Shown here in pieces: positions 26,363 through 35,363 of a DNA stretch of 57,719 nucleotides. Under the pieces are notes generated by a model. That model was given only the letters and a program-made list of their open reading frames with translations. It searched no databases and was not told the origin of the DNA. The DNA is from Minisyncoccota bacterium (lineage in GTDB: Bacteria > Patescibacteriota > Minisyncoccia > Phycocordibacterales > UBA9973). Each line of letters begins with the position of its first letter. Within the stretch, counting starts at the first letter, position 1. The stretch spans positions 1 to 57,719 of the forward strand of contig JBAZYS010000005.1 of NCBI GenBank assembly GCA_041659205.1. The letters are read 5' to 3'. A program made the position numbers and the translations under genes.

Positions 26363-26962
26363 ATGGATAGCAAACAACAAACAATTGATACTTATAATAA
26401 GAGTGCACAAACATTAACAAATAAGTTCAATGATTTGGGTGGTTATTCCGAGGATATAAAGAATACTTTCTCTCTTGTTGGCATAGAAAATCCTAATACT
26501 CTTGAGATTGGATGTGGTAACGGACGAGATGCAGAAGAAATATTAAAATATACGAAAAATTATCTCGGGATAGATATTTCTAAGGAATTGATTAAAATTG
26601 CAAGAGAAAGAAATACTGGAGCAGTATTTGAAGTGGCTGATATTGAAAATTATACATTTCAAAATAATCTAGATGTGATTTTTGCTTTTGCTTCATTGAT
26701 ACATGTGCCAATAGAAAGCTTGCGGAAAATAATGGACTTGGCTTACAACAAATTGAATAATAGTGGGGTCTTTTTCGCAACAATGAAATATAATGATAAC
26801 TATATTGAATCCACTAAGGAAGATGAATTCGGCATTCGCACTTATTATTTATATTCAGAAGATGATATTAAAAAAATTGTTAGGCGTTTTAAAATATTAA
26901 AATGCGATAAATATGAATTAAGGGGTCAAAAATGGATTAAGGTACTTTTACAGAAAATATAA
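26363..26962 (+). CDS. Class I SAM-dependent methyltransferase
   Basis: LEIGCGNGRD, GIDIS, ASLIHVP motifs. Confidence 0.9.
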   Translation: MDSKQQTIDTYNKSAQTLTNKFNDLGGYSEDIKNTFSLVGIENPNTLEIGCGNGRDAEEILKYTKNYLGIDISKELIKIARERNTGAVFEVADIENYTFQNNLDVIFAFASLIHVPIESLRKIMDLAYNKLNNSGVFFATMKYNDNYIESTKEDEFGIRTYYLYSEDDIKKIVRRFKILKCDKYELRGQKWIKVLLQKI

Positions 26963-27035
26963 ATTATGCAGCTATATGAGTTATAACATAGTGCCAGATA
27001 TTAAATAATAATATATCCTTGCAAAGATACATATA

Positions 27036-27057
27036 CATATGCTAATATATGCATATG
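27036..27057. promoter_or_regulatory. Candidate ArsR operator over the -10 box and start codon
   Basis: Perfect inverted repeat CATATGC-N8-GCATATG; TTGCAA -35 at 27019-27024. Confidence 0.55.
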
Positions 27058-27339
27058 ACTAGTTTATGTAAAGAAATGGCAGTAATGGGGAAGGGAATTG
27101 GTAATGAAAACCGTTTTCGTATCCTCGAATCAATTATGAAAGGGCCACAGACGGTCGGGCAGATTGCAAAAAAGGTGCATTTGCCTCAGCCAGCAGTGTC
27201 TCAGCATTTAAAAATACTCAAGTCAGCAAATCTTGTCGAAGATATGCGGCATGGGCAAGAAGTGGTCTACACTATCAATATAGTCTATATGGCTTCTCTC
27301 TTGAAAAAATTAGCAACTAATTTACCAAATAAAAAATAA
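27055..27339 (+). CDS. ArsR/SmtB family transcriptional regulator
   Basis: RFRILE...TVGQIA...QPAVSQHLKILK winged HTH. Confidence 0.92.
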   Translation: MTSLCKEMAVMGKGIGNENRFRILESIMKGPQTVGQIAKKVHLPQPAVSQHLKILKSANLVEDMRHGQEVVYTINIVYMASLLKKLATNLPNKK

Positions 27340-27345
27340 AAATAT

Positions 27346-27969
27346 ATGACAAAAACATTTGACATACTTGCATCAAAAGAAGTTATTGAGCAAACAGAGA
27401 AGGCTTTAACAGAAAAAGGATTTCTCCCTATATTCGCAGAGACGGGGGCAGAAGCTTTAGAAAAAATAAAAGAGCTTGTGCCAGCTGGAGTCTCAGTTAT
27501 GAATGGTTCTTCCAGAACGCTTGAACAGATTGGATTTATAGATTATTTAAAAGGTGGTACCCATGGATGGAATAATTTGCACCAGAATATTCTTGAAGAA
27601 AAAGACCCTCTTAAGCAAGCAGTTTTACGCAAACATTCGGTACTTTCTGATTATTTTATAAATAGCGCTCACGCTGTTACTGAAGCAGGGGAATTAGTTA
27701 TAGCTTCAGCTTCTGGTAGCCAGCTTCCACATCTTACTTTTACCTCTGGGAACATTATTTTAATTATTGGTGTTCAGAAAATAACAGCGACCTTAGATGA
27801 AGCACTTACACGTCTAAGCGAATATGTCTTTCCGCTTGAAAATGCACGTATGAAAGAAGTTGGAATGGGAGGAAGTAATCTATCTAAGATACTTATCTTG
27901 AAAAATGAACCAGCATTTATGGGACGCAAAGTGCACATCATTTTAGTAAATGAAAAATTAGGGTTCTAA
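27346..27969 (+). CDS. LUD-domain (LutC/YkgG-like) protein
   Basis: GSSRTLEQIG, SAHAVTEAGEL, GIQK-like GVQKIT motifs. Confidence 0.85.
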   Translation: MTKTFDILASKEVIEQTEKALTEKGFLPIFAETGAEALEKIKELVPAGVSVMNGSSRTLEQIGFIDYLKGGTHGWNNLHQNILEEKDPLKQAVLRKHSVLSDYFINSAHAVTEAGELVIASASGSQLPHLTFTSGNIILIIGVQKITATLDEALTRLSEYVFPLENARMKEVGMGGSNLSKILILKNEPAFMGRKVHIILVNEKLGF

Positions 27970-27971
27970 AT

Positions 27972-28307
27972 TTATTCAACCTTATATGGTCGGTGCATTT
28001 TGCTGATAGCAAGACTTAGCATTGATTGAGCTAGCCTTTCTATAGCTTCAGCCTTCTTTTCAGGGGTTGAAGAATCTTCAGAGTGATTTTCATCTATAGT
28101 TTTCTTTGCTAGTACTCGAAATTGTTCAATATTATAATTTGATTCTACTTTATATGCTGGAACATTTTTTGGTGTTCCTTTAAAAATTTGATCGTGATGT
28201 GCTAGCCTTTCTTTTAGTTTTCCTGGATTTCCAGCACGCTGTGCTGCTATTCTATCAGCTAATGAGGTAGCTTTATTTTGGTCACTTCCTGGTGGTCCTT
28301 GATACAT
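27972..28307 (-). CDS. Hypothetical protein
   Basis: 111-aa ORF filling the gap between genes. Confidence 0.6.
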   Translation of the reverse strand: MYQGPPGSDQNKATSLADRIAAQRAGNPGKLKERLAHHDQIFKGTPKNVPAYKVESNYNIEQFRVLAKKTIDENHSEDSSTPEKKAEAIERLAQSMLSLAISKMHRPYKVE

Positions 28308-28340
28308 ATATTTATATAAAGTTAATTTATAATAAATTAA

Positions 28341-29468
28341 TTATAACACGGGCTGGATGTTTTTTAGATATTTATCAATATTTGCCTGATGCTCTGCGTA
28401 GGTGGCAGCACAGTGGGTTATACGGTTTTTATCGTGCAAATAATACAGACAATCAGTAATTGTGGGGTTTAAGACGGCCTCTATTGCTGATATTCCAGGG
28501 TTTGAAATAGGGTGAGGGGGTAAACCATAGTTTATATAAGTATTGTAAGGAGAAGCTACTTTTTTTTCAGCTACTGAGATTGGTGCCCACCAGCCATTAC
28601 CTTTGTCTCCTCGCATGTATTGCAGAGTAGCATCTACCCCGAGCTGCATTTTTTTATTGAGCCGATTCCACAAGATTCCGGCGATAAGTGGAGTGTCTGC
28701 ATTGTTTGCAGCTTCACGCTGTACGATGGATGCTAGAGTGAGAGCCGAGGTCCATTTTATATTTTTGGCAGTAAATTCTGGAAGATATTCTGCAAAGTTT
28801 TCATTAAATTTTGAAATAAGACGACTGGCTACAAGGGCGGGGGTCTCGTCTATTGGTATGAGATAAGTCTCTGGAAAATAAACACCTTCGATGTATTCAG
28901 GCTTTATTGTAGTGTCAGTTTTGATCCATTTGTCTTTTTGTTTTTTTGTCCAATTCAGATTATCTGCTAGGAGTTTTGCTATTTCTTCTTTACGAAGCCC
29001 TTCTGGAATTTTTATCCATTTCATATATTGTTTCCCATTTAGAACAGACACGAGTTGACTTGGAGTCATTTCTTTTGAAATTTTATAACCACCAGGGTTA
29101 ATGATACTTTTTCCATCTTTTCCAGAAAGAAGGACGACAAAAGCATCTTTATCATTGATGTACTCTTCTGTTAAAAGGTTATATGCAATGTTTTCATTTG
29201 TATCTTTGAGAGACACGATAAAACGATCAGTTCCCAGGGGAAGGGGGATGGGCTTCGGAACAGGGTCAACATTTAGCACTGGGTTTGTTTTAGTTTGGCC
29301 TGTGGGATCTTCTATCCCTTGAGCTGAAGGATTATTTGTTTCAATGACTTTCGCTTTGTTTTTAAAAAATAAAAAATAGAAAAGAAAAATAACAATAACA
29401 GCTGATATGGTTATAACAAATGGTGGAATTTTTCTTTTTCGATTTGACTCATTTTCCATAATGCTCAT
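28341..29468 (-). CDS. mltG: Endolytic transglycosylase MltG
   Basis: EGVYFPETY, LASIVQRE, SPYNTY, GLPPHPISNPG motifs. Confidence 0.92.
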   Translation of the reverse strand: MSIMENESNRKRKIPPFVITISAVIVIFLFYFLFFKNKAKVIETNNPSAQGIEDPTGQTKTNPVLNVDPVPKPIPLPLGTDRFIVSLKDTNENIAYNLLTEEYINDKDAFVVLLSGKDGKSIINPGGYKISKEMTPSQLVSVLNGKQYMKWIKIPEGLRKEEIAKLLADNLNWTKKQKDKWIKTDTTIKPEYIEGVYFPETYLIPIDETPALVASRLISKFNENFAEYLPEFTAKNIKWTSALTLASIVQREAANNADTPLIAGILWNRLNKKMQLGVDATLQYMRGDKGNGWWAPISVAEKKVASPYNTYINYGLPPHPISNPGISAIEAVLNPTITDCLYYLHDKNRITHCAATYAEHQANIDKYLKNIQPVL

Positions 29469-29532
29469 ACATAAATTATAACATAGGATATTGGTGTCAG
29501 TTGTTAAATTTATTTAGTGGTATAATTAATAT

Positions 29533-30309
29533 GTGCCCATAAAATGGAACAAAATAACTTGGTATTCTAAGCTATTTGCAATAATATTATTTGTTGCAGT
29601 TTTTTACATTGGTTATAATCTAGGAGAAAAAAAAGTAGATACAACTCCAAAAGATGAAATTCAAAAACAAACTGTAAAAAATACAGCGCCAATTCGGATA
29701 AGTATCAAAGACATAAAAGAAGAAAATTTTAGCGGGAAGATGCCGACTATTGTAGGGAATAGTGTGTTAGCCTCGAGTGCTAGAGCTTATATCAAGGAAC
29801 AAATATCTTTGTTTAGAGCAGAGGCAAATACAGACGTGCCTGAAATGAGAAAGAAATTTGGGACAGATAGCCCTGTTGCTACATATACAATTGAAATCAA
29901 CGCAAAATATTTCAAGAGTAAAAAAACAGAATCAATTCTGATGACAATGTATACCTACACAGGAGGAGCAAATGGGAATGATTCTTATAAAGTTATAAAT
30001 ACTTCACTTGCAGATGGGAAAATTTTAGCCTTTTTAGATGTCATTAAACAAGATGAACAAAGTGTTTTCACTGAGTTCGTAAAAAAAGAATTATACGCTT
30101 GGCGTCCTCTTGGAAGTGATGGGTCTCCTGTATTTTCTGATGAAGTTAAAAATTTAGAATTTAGCTCTTTTGAAAACTGGTCTCTTAATGACAATAATTT
30201 GATTATTTATTTTGACAAGTATTCAATCGGCCCTGGAGCCCTCGGGGCAGTGGAATTTCCTCTTCCACTTAATAAAATTTCTAATTTTATAGATTCAAAT
30301 TTCCTTTAA
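29533..30309 (+). CDS. DUF3298/RsiV-like membrane-anchored protein
   Basis: YTYTGGANG and LIIYFDKYSIGPGALG motifs. Confidence 0.8.
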   Translation: MPIKWNKITWYSKLFAIILFVAVFYIGYNLGEKKVDTTPKDEIQKQTVKNTAPIRISIKDIKEENFSGKMPTIVGNSVLASSARAYIKEQISLFRAEANTDVPEMRKKFGTDSPVATYTIEINAKYFKSKKTESILMTMYTYTGGANGNDSYKVINTSLADGKILAFLDVIKQDEQSVFTEFVKKELYAWRPLGSDGSPVFSDEVKNLEFSSFENWSLNDNNLIIYFDKYSIGPGALGAVEFPLPLNKISNFIDSNFL

Positions 30310-30383
30310 AAATATGGTTTTTTAGGTATTTTGTTTTATAAAATTGTATTGCAATACAATGTTTTTTACTCTATACTGCGTAT

Positions 30384-30887
30384 ATGCTTAATGAAAAACA
30401 ACCTCTTGCCCCTACCAATATACCCAAAGACACAGCGCCAAATATGGAGCTTTTTGTGAAAGAAATTGCTGCTCTTGTTGAAGAGAGAAAGAATGGCTCT
30501 AAAAAAAATATGCTAGAACTTCTTGCTATTGAAAATCTAGAAGAGCTGACCTCAGAGGATGCTCGTATTTGGAATTTACTTAAATTTGAGAATTATAAAA
30601 AAGACTCCATAACAAGAGAAGATTTTGAAAAATATAATTTAAGTGTAAATGATGCAAAAAATAAATCACGTTCTTCTTTTAGGGCAATGTTAGCTAATAG
30701 ATATAATATAATTTTGGGTATTGAACAGATAGTCGAGCAATCAAGCGTGGATTCAAATCAGAAATCCTTTAGTTTTTACTTAAATTTTTTAAAGAGAGAA
30801 CTTTTAACTCTTCCAGAAAATTCATATTTATATAAGTTAGCATTTGATGCAGTTAATAATCTTGAAAGGAAATCAATAAATGACTAA
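30384..30887 (+). CDS. Hypothetical protein
   Basis: 167-aa ORF with its own -10 box. Confidence 0.65.
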   Translation: MLNEKQPLAPTNIPKDTAPNMELFVKEIAALVEERKNGSKKNMLELLAIENLEELTSEDARIWNLLKFENYKKDSITREDFEKYNLSVNDAKNKSRSSFRAMLANRYNIILGIEQIVEQSSVDSNQKSFSFYLNFLKRELLTLPENSYLYKLAFDAVNNLERKSIND

Positions 30888-32025
30888 AAGAATTTGGATT
30901 TTTTTAATAACTGCAATATTTTTATTTGTTTTAGTTTTTAGTGTTTCCTCTTTTTTTGGTAGTTCTGTCTATTATAAACAAGGAGAGAAAGTCATAAGTA
31001 ATGCAAAGATTGAAAATAAAAGAGGTGCATCGATTGTTCCGCCTCTTGATATTTTAGCCTATGATAAAAAATTAAACGAAATAGCGAACAATCCTCCAGA
31101 TCCTATTATTTTCAATACTGTAAAAACACTTGAAAAAGATAAAAAAGGCAAAACCATAACTAAAATCACTAAAGTTCCTCTTTCGCCACAACCAGTCCCA
31201 ACGCACCTCTGGCCAGTGAAAACTGTTTATCCTAATGATGGAGCTCTTTTGCCGTTTAATCGCATTATTGCTTTTTATGGGAATTTATACTCAACAAAGA
31301 TGGGTGTTTTAGGACAATATCCTGAGGCTGAAATGTTTCAAAGGTTAGAAGCTGAAGTTAAGAAGTGGGAGGAAGCTGACCCTAATACTCCCGTAATTCC
31401 TGCACTTCATTATATCGCTGTTGTAGCACAAGGAAGTGCTGGAGCAGATGGTAAATATAGATTTAGAATGCCTGACACAGAAATAGATAAAGTGATTGCG
31501 ATGGCTGCAAAAATAAATGCAATTGTTTTTCTTGATATTCAGGTAGGTTTCTCTACATTACAAGAGGAAGTACCAAAATTAGAAAAGTATTTAAAGATGC
31601 CACAAGTGCATTTAGGTATTGATCCTGAGTTTTCTATGAAAACTGGAGTTAAGCCAGGGAAAATAGTGGGAACACTAGATGCGGAAGATATAAATTTTAC
31701 ATCGAATTATTTAGCAAAGATTGTGAAAGAAAATAATCTTACGCCAAAGATTCTCACAGTACATCGTTACACACAAAAAATGGTTACTAATTATAAACAA
31801 ATTAAAACCTTGCCCGAAGTGCAAATGGTTATGCATATGGATGGATGGGGAGTGGAGGATAAAAAAATAAATACATATTTACAATTTATCTATAAAGAGC
31901 CGGTACAATTTACGGGTTTCAAATTATTTTATAAAAATGATATTTTAACTAAGGGAACAGTACTAATGACACCAAGTAGACTATTGAAATTAAGTCCTCA
32001 GCCTCTGTATATACAATATCAGTAA
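30880..32025 (+). CDS. Membrane-anchored hypothetical protein, possibly glycoside-hydrolase-like barrel
   Basis: N-terminal TM; FLDIQVG, HLGIDPEF, MHMDGWG motifs. Confidence 0.7.
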   Translation: MTKRIWIFLITAIFLFVLVFSVSSFFGSSVYYKQGEKVISNAKIENKRGASIVPPLDILAYDKKLNEIANNPPDPIIFNTVKTLEKDKKGKTITKITKVPLSPQPVPTHLWPVKTVYPNDGALLPFNRIIAFYGNLYSTKMGVLGQYPEAEMFQRLEAEVKKWEEADPNTPVIPALHYIAVVAQGSAGADGKYRFRMPDTEIDKVIAMAAKINAIVFLDIQVGFSTLQEEVPKLEKYLKMPQVHLGIDPEFSMKTGVKPGKIVGTLDAEDINFTSNYLAKIVKENNLTPKILTVHRYTQKMVTNYKQIKTLPEVQMVMHMDGWGVEDKKINTYLQFIYKEPVQFTGFKLFYKNDILTKGTVLMTPSRLLKLSPQPLYIQYQ

Positions 32026-32045
32026 AATAGTGATAAAATATAAAT

Positions 32046-32309
32046 ATGGGAGAATTAGATTTAGAAAAATTAAGAAATCAAACAGCAAAGCCACCGAAAC
32101 CACTTGATTTTGGTATAGATATAGAAAAAATTCCAGAAAGAGAAAGTTTTTTTGATTATTTGCCCGAGGAAAAAGAAGCCCTGCTCGAAGAATATAGGCA
32201 TCCTAAAATTCATAATATCTCTCCAGAATTAAAGAAAAAGATTGAAAGGTTTGTTAAATTAAATAATGATTTATTGGGGGGTGGTGATCAACCATGGGGG
32301 AAAAATTAA
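32046..32309 (+). CDS. Hypothetical protein
   Basis: 87-aa ORF with a -10 box 6 nt upstream. Confidence 0.6.
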   Translation: MGELDLEKLRNQTAKPPKPLDFGIDIEKIPERESFFDYLPEEKEALLEEYRHPKIHNISPELKKKIERFVKLNNDLLGGGDQPWGKN

Positions 32310-32312
32310 ATT

Positions 32313-32708
32313 ATGGATTCTGAAAAAGAAAAAAATGCTTGGAGTTTTATAAGAAGAATGCAGAGTTTTACTCATGCCTTTCGGGGTATTCGTCTTTTTT
32401 TTATAATGACACCAAATGCTCTGATACATTTTTTTGCAGTTTTAGCGGTAGTCATCGCAGGTTTTTATTTCGAGGTATCTTCTTTTGAATGGCTGGCACT
32501 TGTGCTTGTAATAGGCTTGGTCTTTGTGTCTGAAGTATTTAATACTGCAATTGAAATAGACATTAATCTTACTTCACCTGATTACCATCCATTTGCACGA
32601 GATACGAAAGACGTAGCCGCAGGTGCGGTACTGCTTGCTGCATTATTTTCAATAATCGTCGGACTTATAATTTTCTTGCCAAAGATTTTATTAATTGCTA
32701 ATATTTAA
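32313..32708 (+). CDS. dgkA: Diacylglycerol/undecaprenol kinase (DgkA family)
   Basis: SFTHAFRG, EVFNTAIE, KDVAAGAV motifs. Confidence 0.9.
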   Translation: MDSEKEKNAWSFIRRMQSFTHAFRGIRLFFIMTPNALIHFFAVLAVVIAGFYFEVSSFEWLALVLVIGLVFVSEVFNTAIEIDINLTSPDYHPFARDTKDVAAGAVLLAALFSIIVGLIIFLPKILLIANI

Positions 32709-32710
32709 AC

Positions 32711-33097
32711 ATGAATAATAAAAAAATATTTATCTCAATAATTGGTCTTTTGATTTTAGGTACTATTGCTACCGTGCTCCTTCAGTCAAATAGCACACCT
32801 CCAGGCCCTGGGAAGTATGACACTTTTGCAACTTGTCTAAAGGATAAAGGGGCTGTATTTTATGGAGCTTATTGGTGTCCACATTGCCAATCTCAAAAGA
32901 AACTTTTTGGTTCTTCTGCTAAATTATTACCCTATGTTGAATGTTCTACTGCTGATGCCTCTGCTCAAACGCAAGTCTGTAAAGATAAAAAAATTGAAGG
33001 CTACCCTACTTGGGAATTTGCTGATGGGACACGCATGAATGGGGAAATCCCTCTACAGCAATTAGCTGACAAAACTTCTTGTGTTTTGCCTCAATAA
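32711..33097 (+). CDS. Membrane-anchored thioredoxin-like protein (VKOR-associated type)
   Basis: FYGAYWCPHC, LPYVEC...C, IEGYPTW motifs. Confidence 0.85.
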   Translation: MNNKKIFISIIGLLILGTIATVLLQSNSTPPGPGKYDTFATCLKDKGAVFYGAYWCPHCQSQKKLFGSSAKLLPYVECSTADASAQTQVCKDKKIEGYPTWEFADGTRMNGEIPLQQLADKTSCVLPQ

Positions 33098-33177
33098 ATT
33101 ATCTACTTGTCCCGTATTAAATTTTTGATTACGATACATGACCATTAAAAATAAAAACTTAAAATTTTAATACTGGG

Positions 33178-33732
33178 ATGAATTTGGAATCCGTTCATTA
33201 TTTAAATGTCTTTCTTGGATTAGGGGCTATTCTCCTTCAGATTTTTTCTTTTGTCGCATTATTTTTACTTTTCTTTCGACGGAAAGAAAATATAAAAAAT
33301 GCATACCTTGATTTCATTGATAAACATTTTTTAGTATTAGCCTTTTTAATTTCCTTTTTTTCTTCAATTTTTCCTCTAGTTTATTCTGAAATTATCCATT
33401 TTCTTCCATGTTACCTGTGCTGGTGGCAGAGAATTTTTATGTTTCCAACGTTTTTCTTGTTCGGAACAGCTCTCTGGGACAAGGATAGGAAGGTTGTAAG
33501 ATATGCTGCATCTTTACTTTCTCTCGGTTTGCTCATTTCTTTATACCAAAATTTCTTTTATTATTTTGGAGAGAGTGCAAATATACCTTGTGATGCATCC
33601 GGTATATCATGCTATAAACATTTAGTCTCTGAATTTGGTGGGTATATTTCAATACCAATGCTTGCTTTAACTGCCTTTTTTGCTCTTTTGACATTGCTTG
33701 CCGTCGCTCATTTTTATAGAAAAGAGAATTAG
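33178..33732 (+). CDS. Disulfide bond formation protein, DsbB/BdbC family
   Basis: PCYLCWWQRIFM and a second Cys pair (PC...SC); four TMs. Confidence 0.9.
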   Translation: MNLESVHYLNVFLGLGAILLQIFSFVALFLLFFRRKENIKNAYLDFIDKHFLVLAFLISFFSSIFPLVYSEIIHFLPCYLCWWQRIFMFPTFFLFGTALWDKDRKVVRYAASLLSLGLLISLYQNFFYYFGESANIPCDASGISCYKHLVSEFGGYISIPMLALTAFFALLTLLAVAHFYRKEN

Positions 33733-33741
33733 ATAAAATAT

Positions 33742-33957
33742 ATGGAACAAGAGTTACAAAATTTACAAAAGAAAATAGACGAGCAAGGTGTTAAAATAGA
33801 ATCCATTTATAAGTCTGTAGAAAAGACTAGGAAATATTTTTTAATGACTATGTGGATAACTTTAGTAACAATAGTTTTGCCGCTTATTGTACTCACTTTT
33901 GTATTACCATCGTTGATAGCTAGTTATACAAATACTTTAAGTGGATTAGGTTTATAA
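33742..33957 (+). CDS. Small hypothetical membrane protein
   Basis: Coiled N-terminus plus one TM. Confidence 0.7.
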   Translation: MEQELQNLQKKIDEQGVKIESIYKSVEKTRKYFLMTMWITLVTIVLPLIVLTFVLPSLIASYTNTLSGLGL

Positions 33958-34002
33958 ATATGATATAATTTTATTAGGTTTTATTATTAAATAATTAAAA
34001 GT

Positions 34003-34038
34003 GCGTCTCGCTAATTTGACGATTGCGCGACGTGATTT
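34003..34038 (+). promoter_or_regulatory. 36-nt conserved 5' UTR motif, copy 1
   Basis: 27/36 ungapped identity to 35313-35348. Confidence 0.6.
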
Positions 34039-34048
34039 CGCAAAATCA

Positions 34049-34114
34049 ATGGGAAAAGGAAATAATGCTTATAGAAAGGACGTAAAAAAGCCTAAAAAAG
34101 CAAAGAAGAAATAA
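34049..34114 (+). CDS. 21-aa Lys-rich peptide MGKGNNAYRKDVKKPKKAKKK; not in the ORF track
   Basis: Lies between TGATATAAT (33961-33969) and a strong terminator. Confidence 0.55.
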   Translation: MGKGNNAYRKDVKKPKKAKKK

Positions 34115-34116
34115 AT

Positions 34117-34151
34117 AAAAAAATCCTGAGCCTCAAACTCAGGATTTTTTT
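34117..34151 (+). terminator. Intrinsic terminator
   Basis: Perfect 14-bp stem AAAAAAATCCTGAG/CTCAGGATTTTTTT. Confidence 0.8.
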
Positions 34152-34167
34152 ATGCTATAATTAATTT

Positions 34168-34620
34168 ATGACTAAACAGAAAATAATTATAGGTATTTTT
34201 ATTGCAATTATTATTTTGATTCTTGTTTTTATTGCATTCAGAACAAATAGAAAAGTTCCAAAAGAGGTTAACACAACAAAAACTGAAGATGTAGTAATAA
34301 CACCGACGGAGAACCCAACAATTAAACAAACAGAATTTGGCGAGCTAGTTTCACTTAAATTAAACGATAGTGTTACTTTTTCTGATGGTCTCAATATTGT
34401 TTTAAAAGAAATAAATGATTCACGCTGTCCGAAAGGAGTAGAATGTATTTGGGCGGGAGAAATTTCTGGATCTTTTGCTTTGTCTGGGGCAGCACTTTCT
34501 TCCCCTGGAGAATTTCGTTTAGGAAGTCTTAATAAAAAAAGTGTAGTTTTGGATGGTTACACATTTTCATTAAAAAATGCTACAGAAAATACTTTGAACA
34601 TTGAGGTTCTAAAAAATTAA
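34168..34620 (+). CDS. Membrane-anchored hypothetical protein
   Basis: N-terminal TM; DSRCPKGVECIWAGE motif. Confidence 0.75.
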   Translation: MTKQKIIIGIFIAIIILILVFIAFRTNRKVPKEVNTTKTEDVVITPTENPTIKQTEFGELVSLKLNDSVTFSDGLNIVLKEINDSRCPKGVECIWAGEISGSFALSGAALSSPGEFRLGSLNKKSVVLDGYTFSLKNATENTLNIEVLKN

Positions 34621-34627
34621 AAGAAAA

Positions 34628-35233
34628 ATGCTACATTTTGATAAAAAAGAGTTAGCGTTGATAAAAAAATTAAACACCCCAGCAAAAGTTCAAAATTTTT
34701 TAAATGGACTTAAGTTTAATTTTGAAAAAGATAAAAGGCAGACCTTGAAATCACCCCTTATGGTTTTAAGAGCAAAAAATGCACATTGTGCAGAGGGAGC
34801 GATTCTAGGTTCCTATATTCTCTCTACTCATGGATTTAGGCCCTATCTAATGCATCTAAAGACCACAAAAGGGGATTATGACCATGTGGTCGCTCCGTTT
34901 AAAGTACGGGGCTTCTGGGGTGCATTATCAAAAACAAATCATGCAGTCTTACGTTACCGAGAGCCAATATATCCCAATATCCGCGCACTTGCATTGTCAT
35001 ATTTTCATGAGTATTTTTTAGATAATGGGTTGAAAACTTTAAGGCAATATTCTGAACTTCTGGATTTGAATACCTTTGAAGATAATTGGATGTTGATGGA
35101 AGGAGACCTTTGGGGGATAGATCAGGAATTAGATAAAATAAAGCATTATGATATTGTACCTAAAACTTATATTAAGAAATTACGTAAAGCAGATAAAATT
35201 GAGATTAAGGCAGGGAAAATAAAAGAATATTAG
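34628..35233 (+). CDS. Conserved hypothetical protein, possibly transglutaminase-like
   Basis: AHCAEGA and DHVVA could provide Cys/His catalytic residues. Confidence 0.65.
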   Translation: MLHFDKKELALIKKLNTPAKVQNFLNGLKFNFEKDKRQTLKSPLMVLRAKNAHCAEGAILGSYILSTHGFRPYLMHLKTTKGDYDHVVAPFKVRGFWGALSKTNHAVLRYREPIYPNIRALALSYFHEYFLDNGLKTLRQYSELLDLNTFEDNWMLMEGDLWGIDQELDKIKHYDIVPKTYIKKLRKADKIEIKAGKIKEY

Positions 35234-35312
35234 ATATTGTAACAATTTGCCCTTTTATCCGTCTTATATTATATAGTGAGTCGTTTCACTTGTATTATTA
35301 AAATTATTAACA

Positions 35313-35348
35313 GCGTCGCGCTTTAATGACGGTTGCGTGACATAATTT
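35313..35348 (+). promoter_or_regulatory. 36-nt conserved 5' UTR motif, copy 2
   Basis: GCGTCGCGCTTTAATGACGGTTGCGTGACATAATTT, ending 15 nt before ATG 35364. Confidence 0.6.
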
Positions 35349-35363
35349 CAGGTAATTAAAATT

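Noticed and set aside
24004-28307. Genomic island anchored at tRNA-Gln
   Set aside because: No duplicated tRNA segment, integrase or obvious composition shift seen; treated as an ordinary accessory gene run
34001-34114. Longer GTG-started version of the Lys-rich ORF
   Set aside because: The extension coincides with the 36-nt motif, which recurs at 35313 upstream of a start codon and not in frame-conserving fashion
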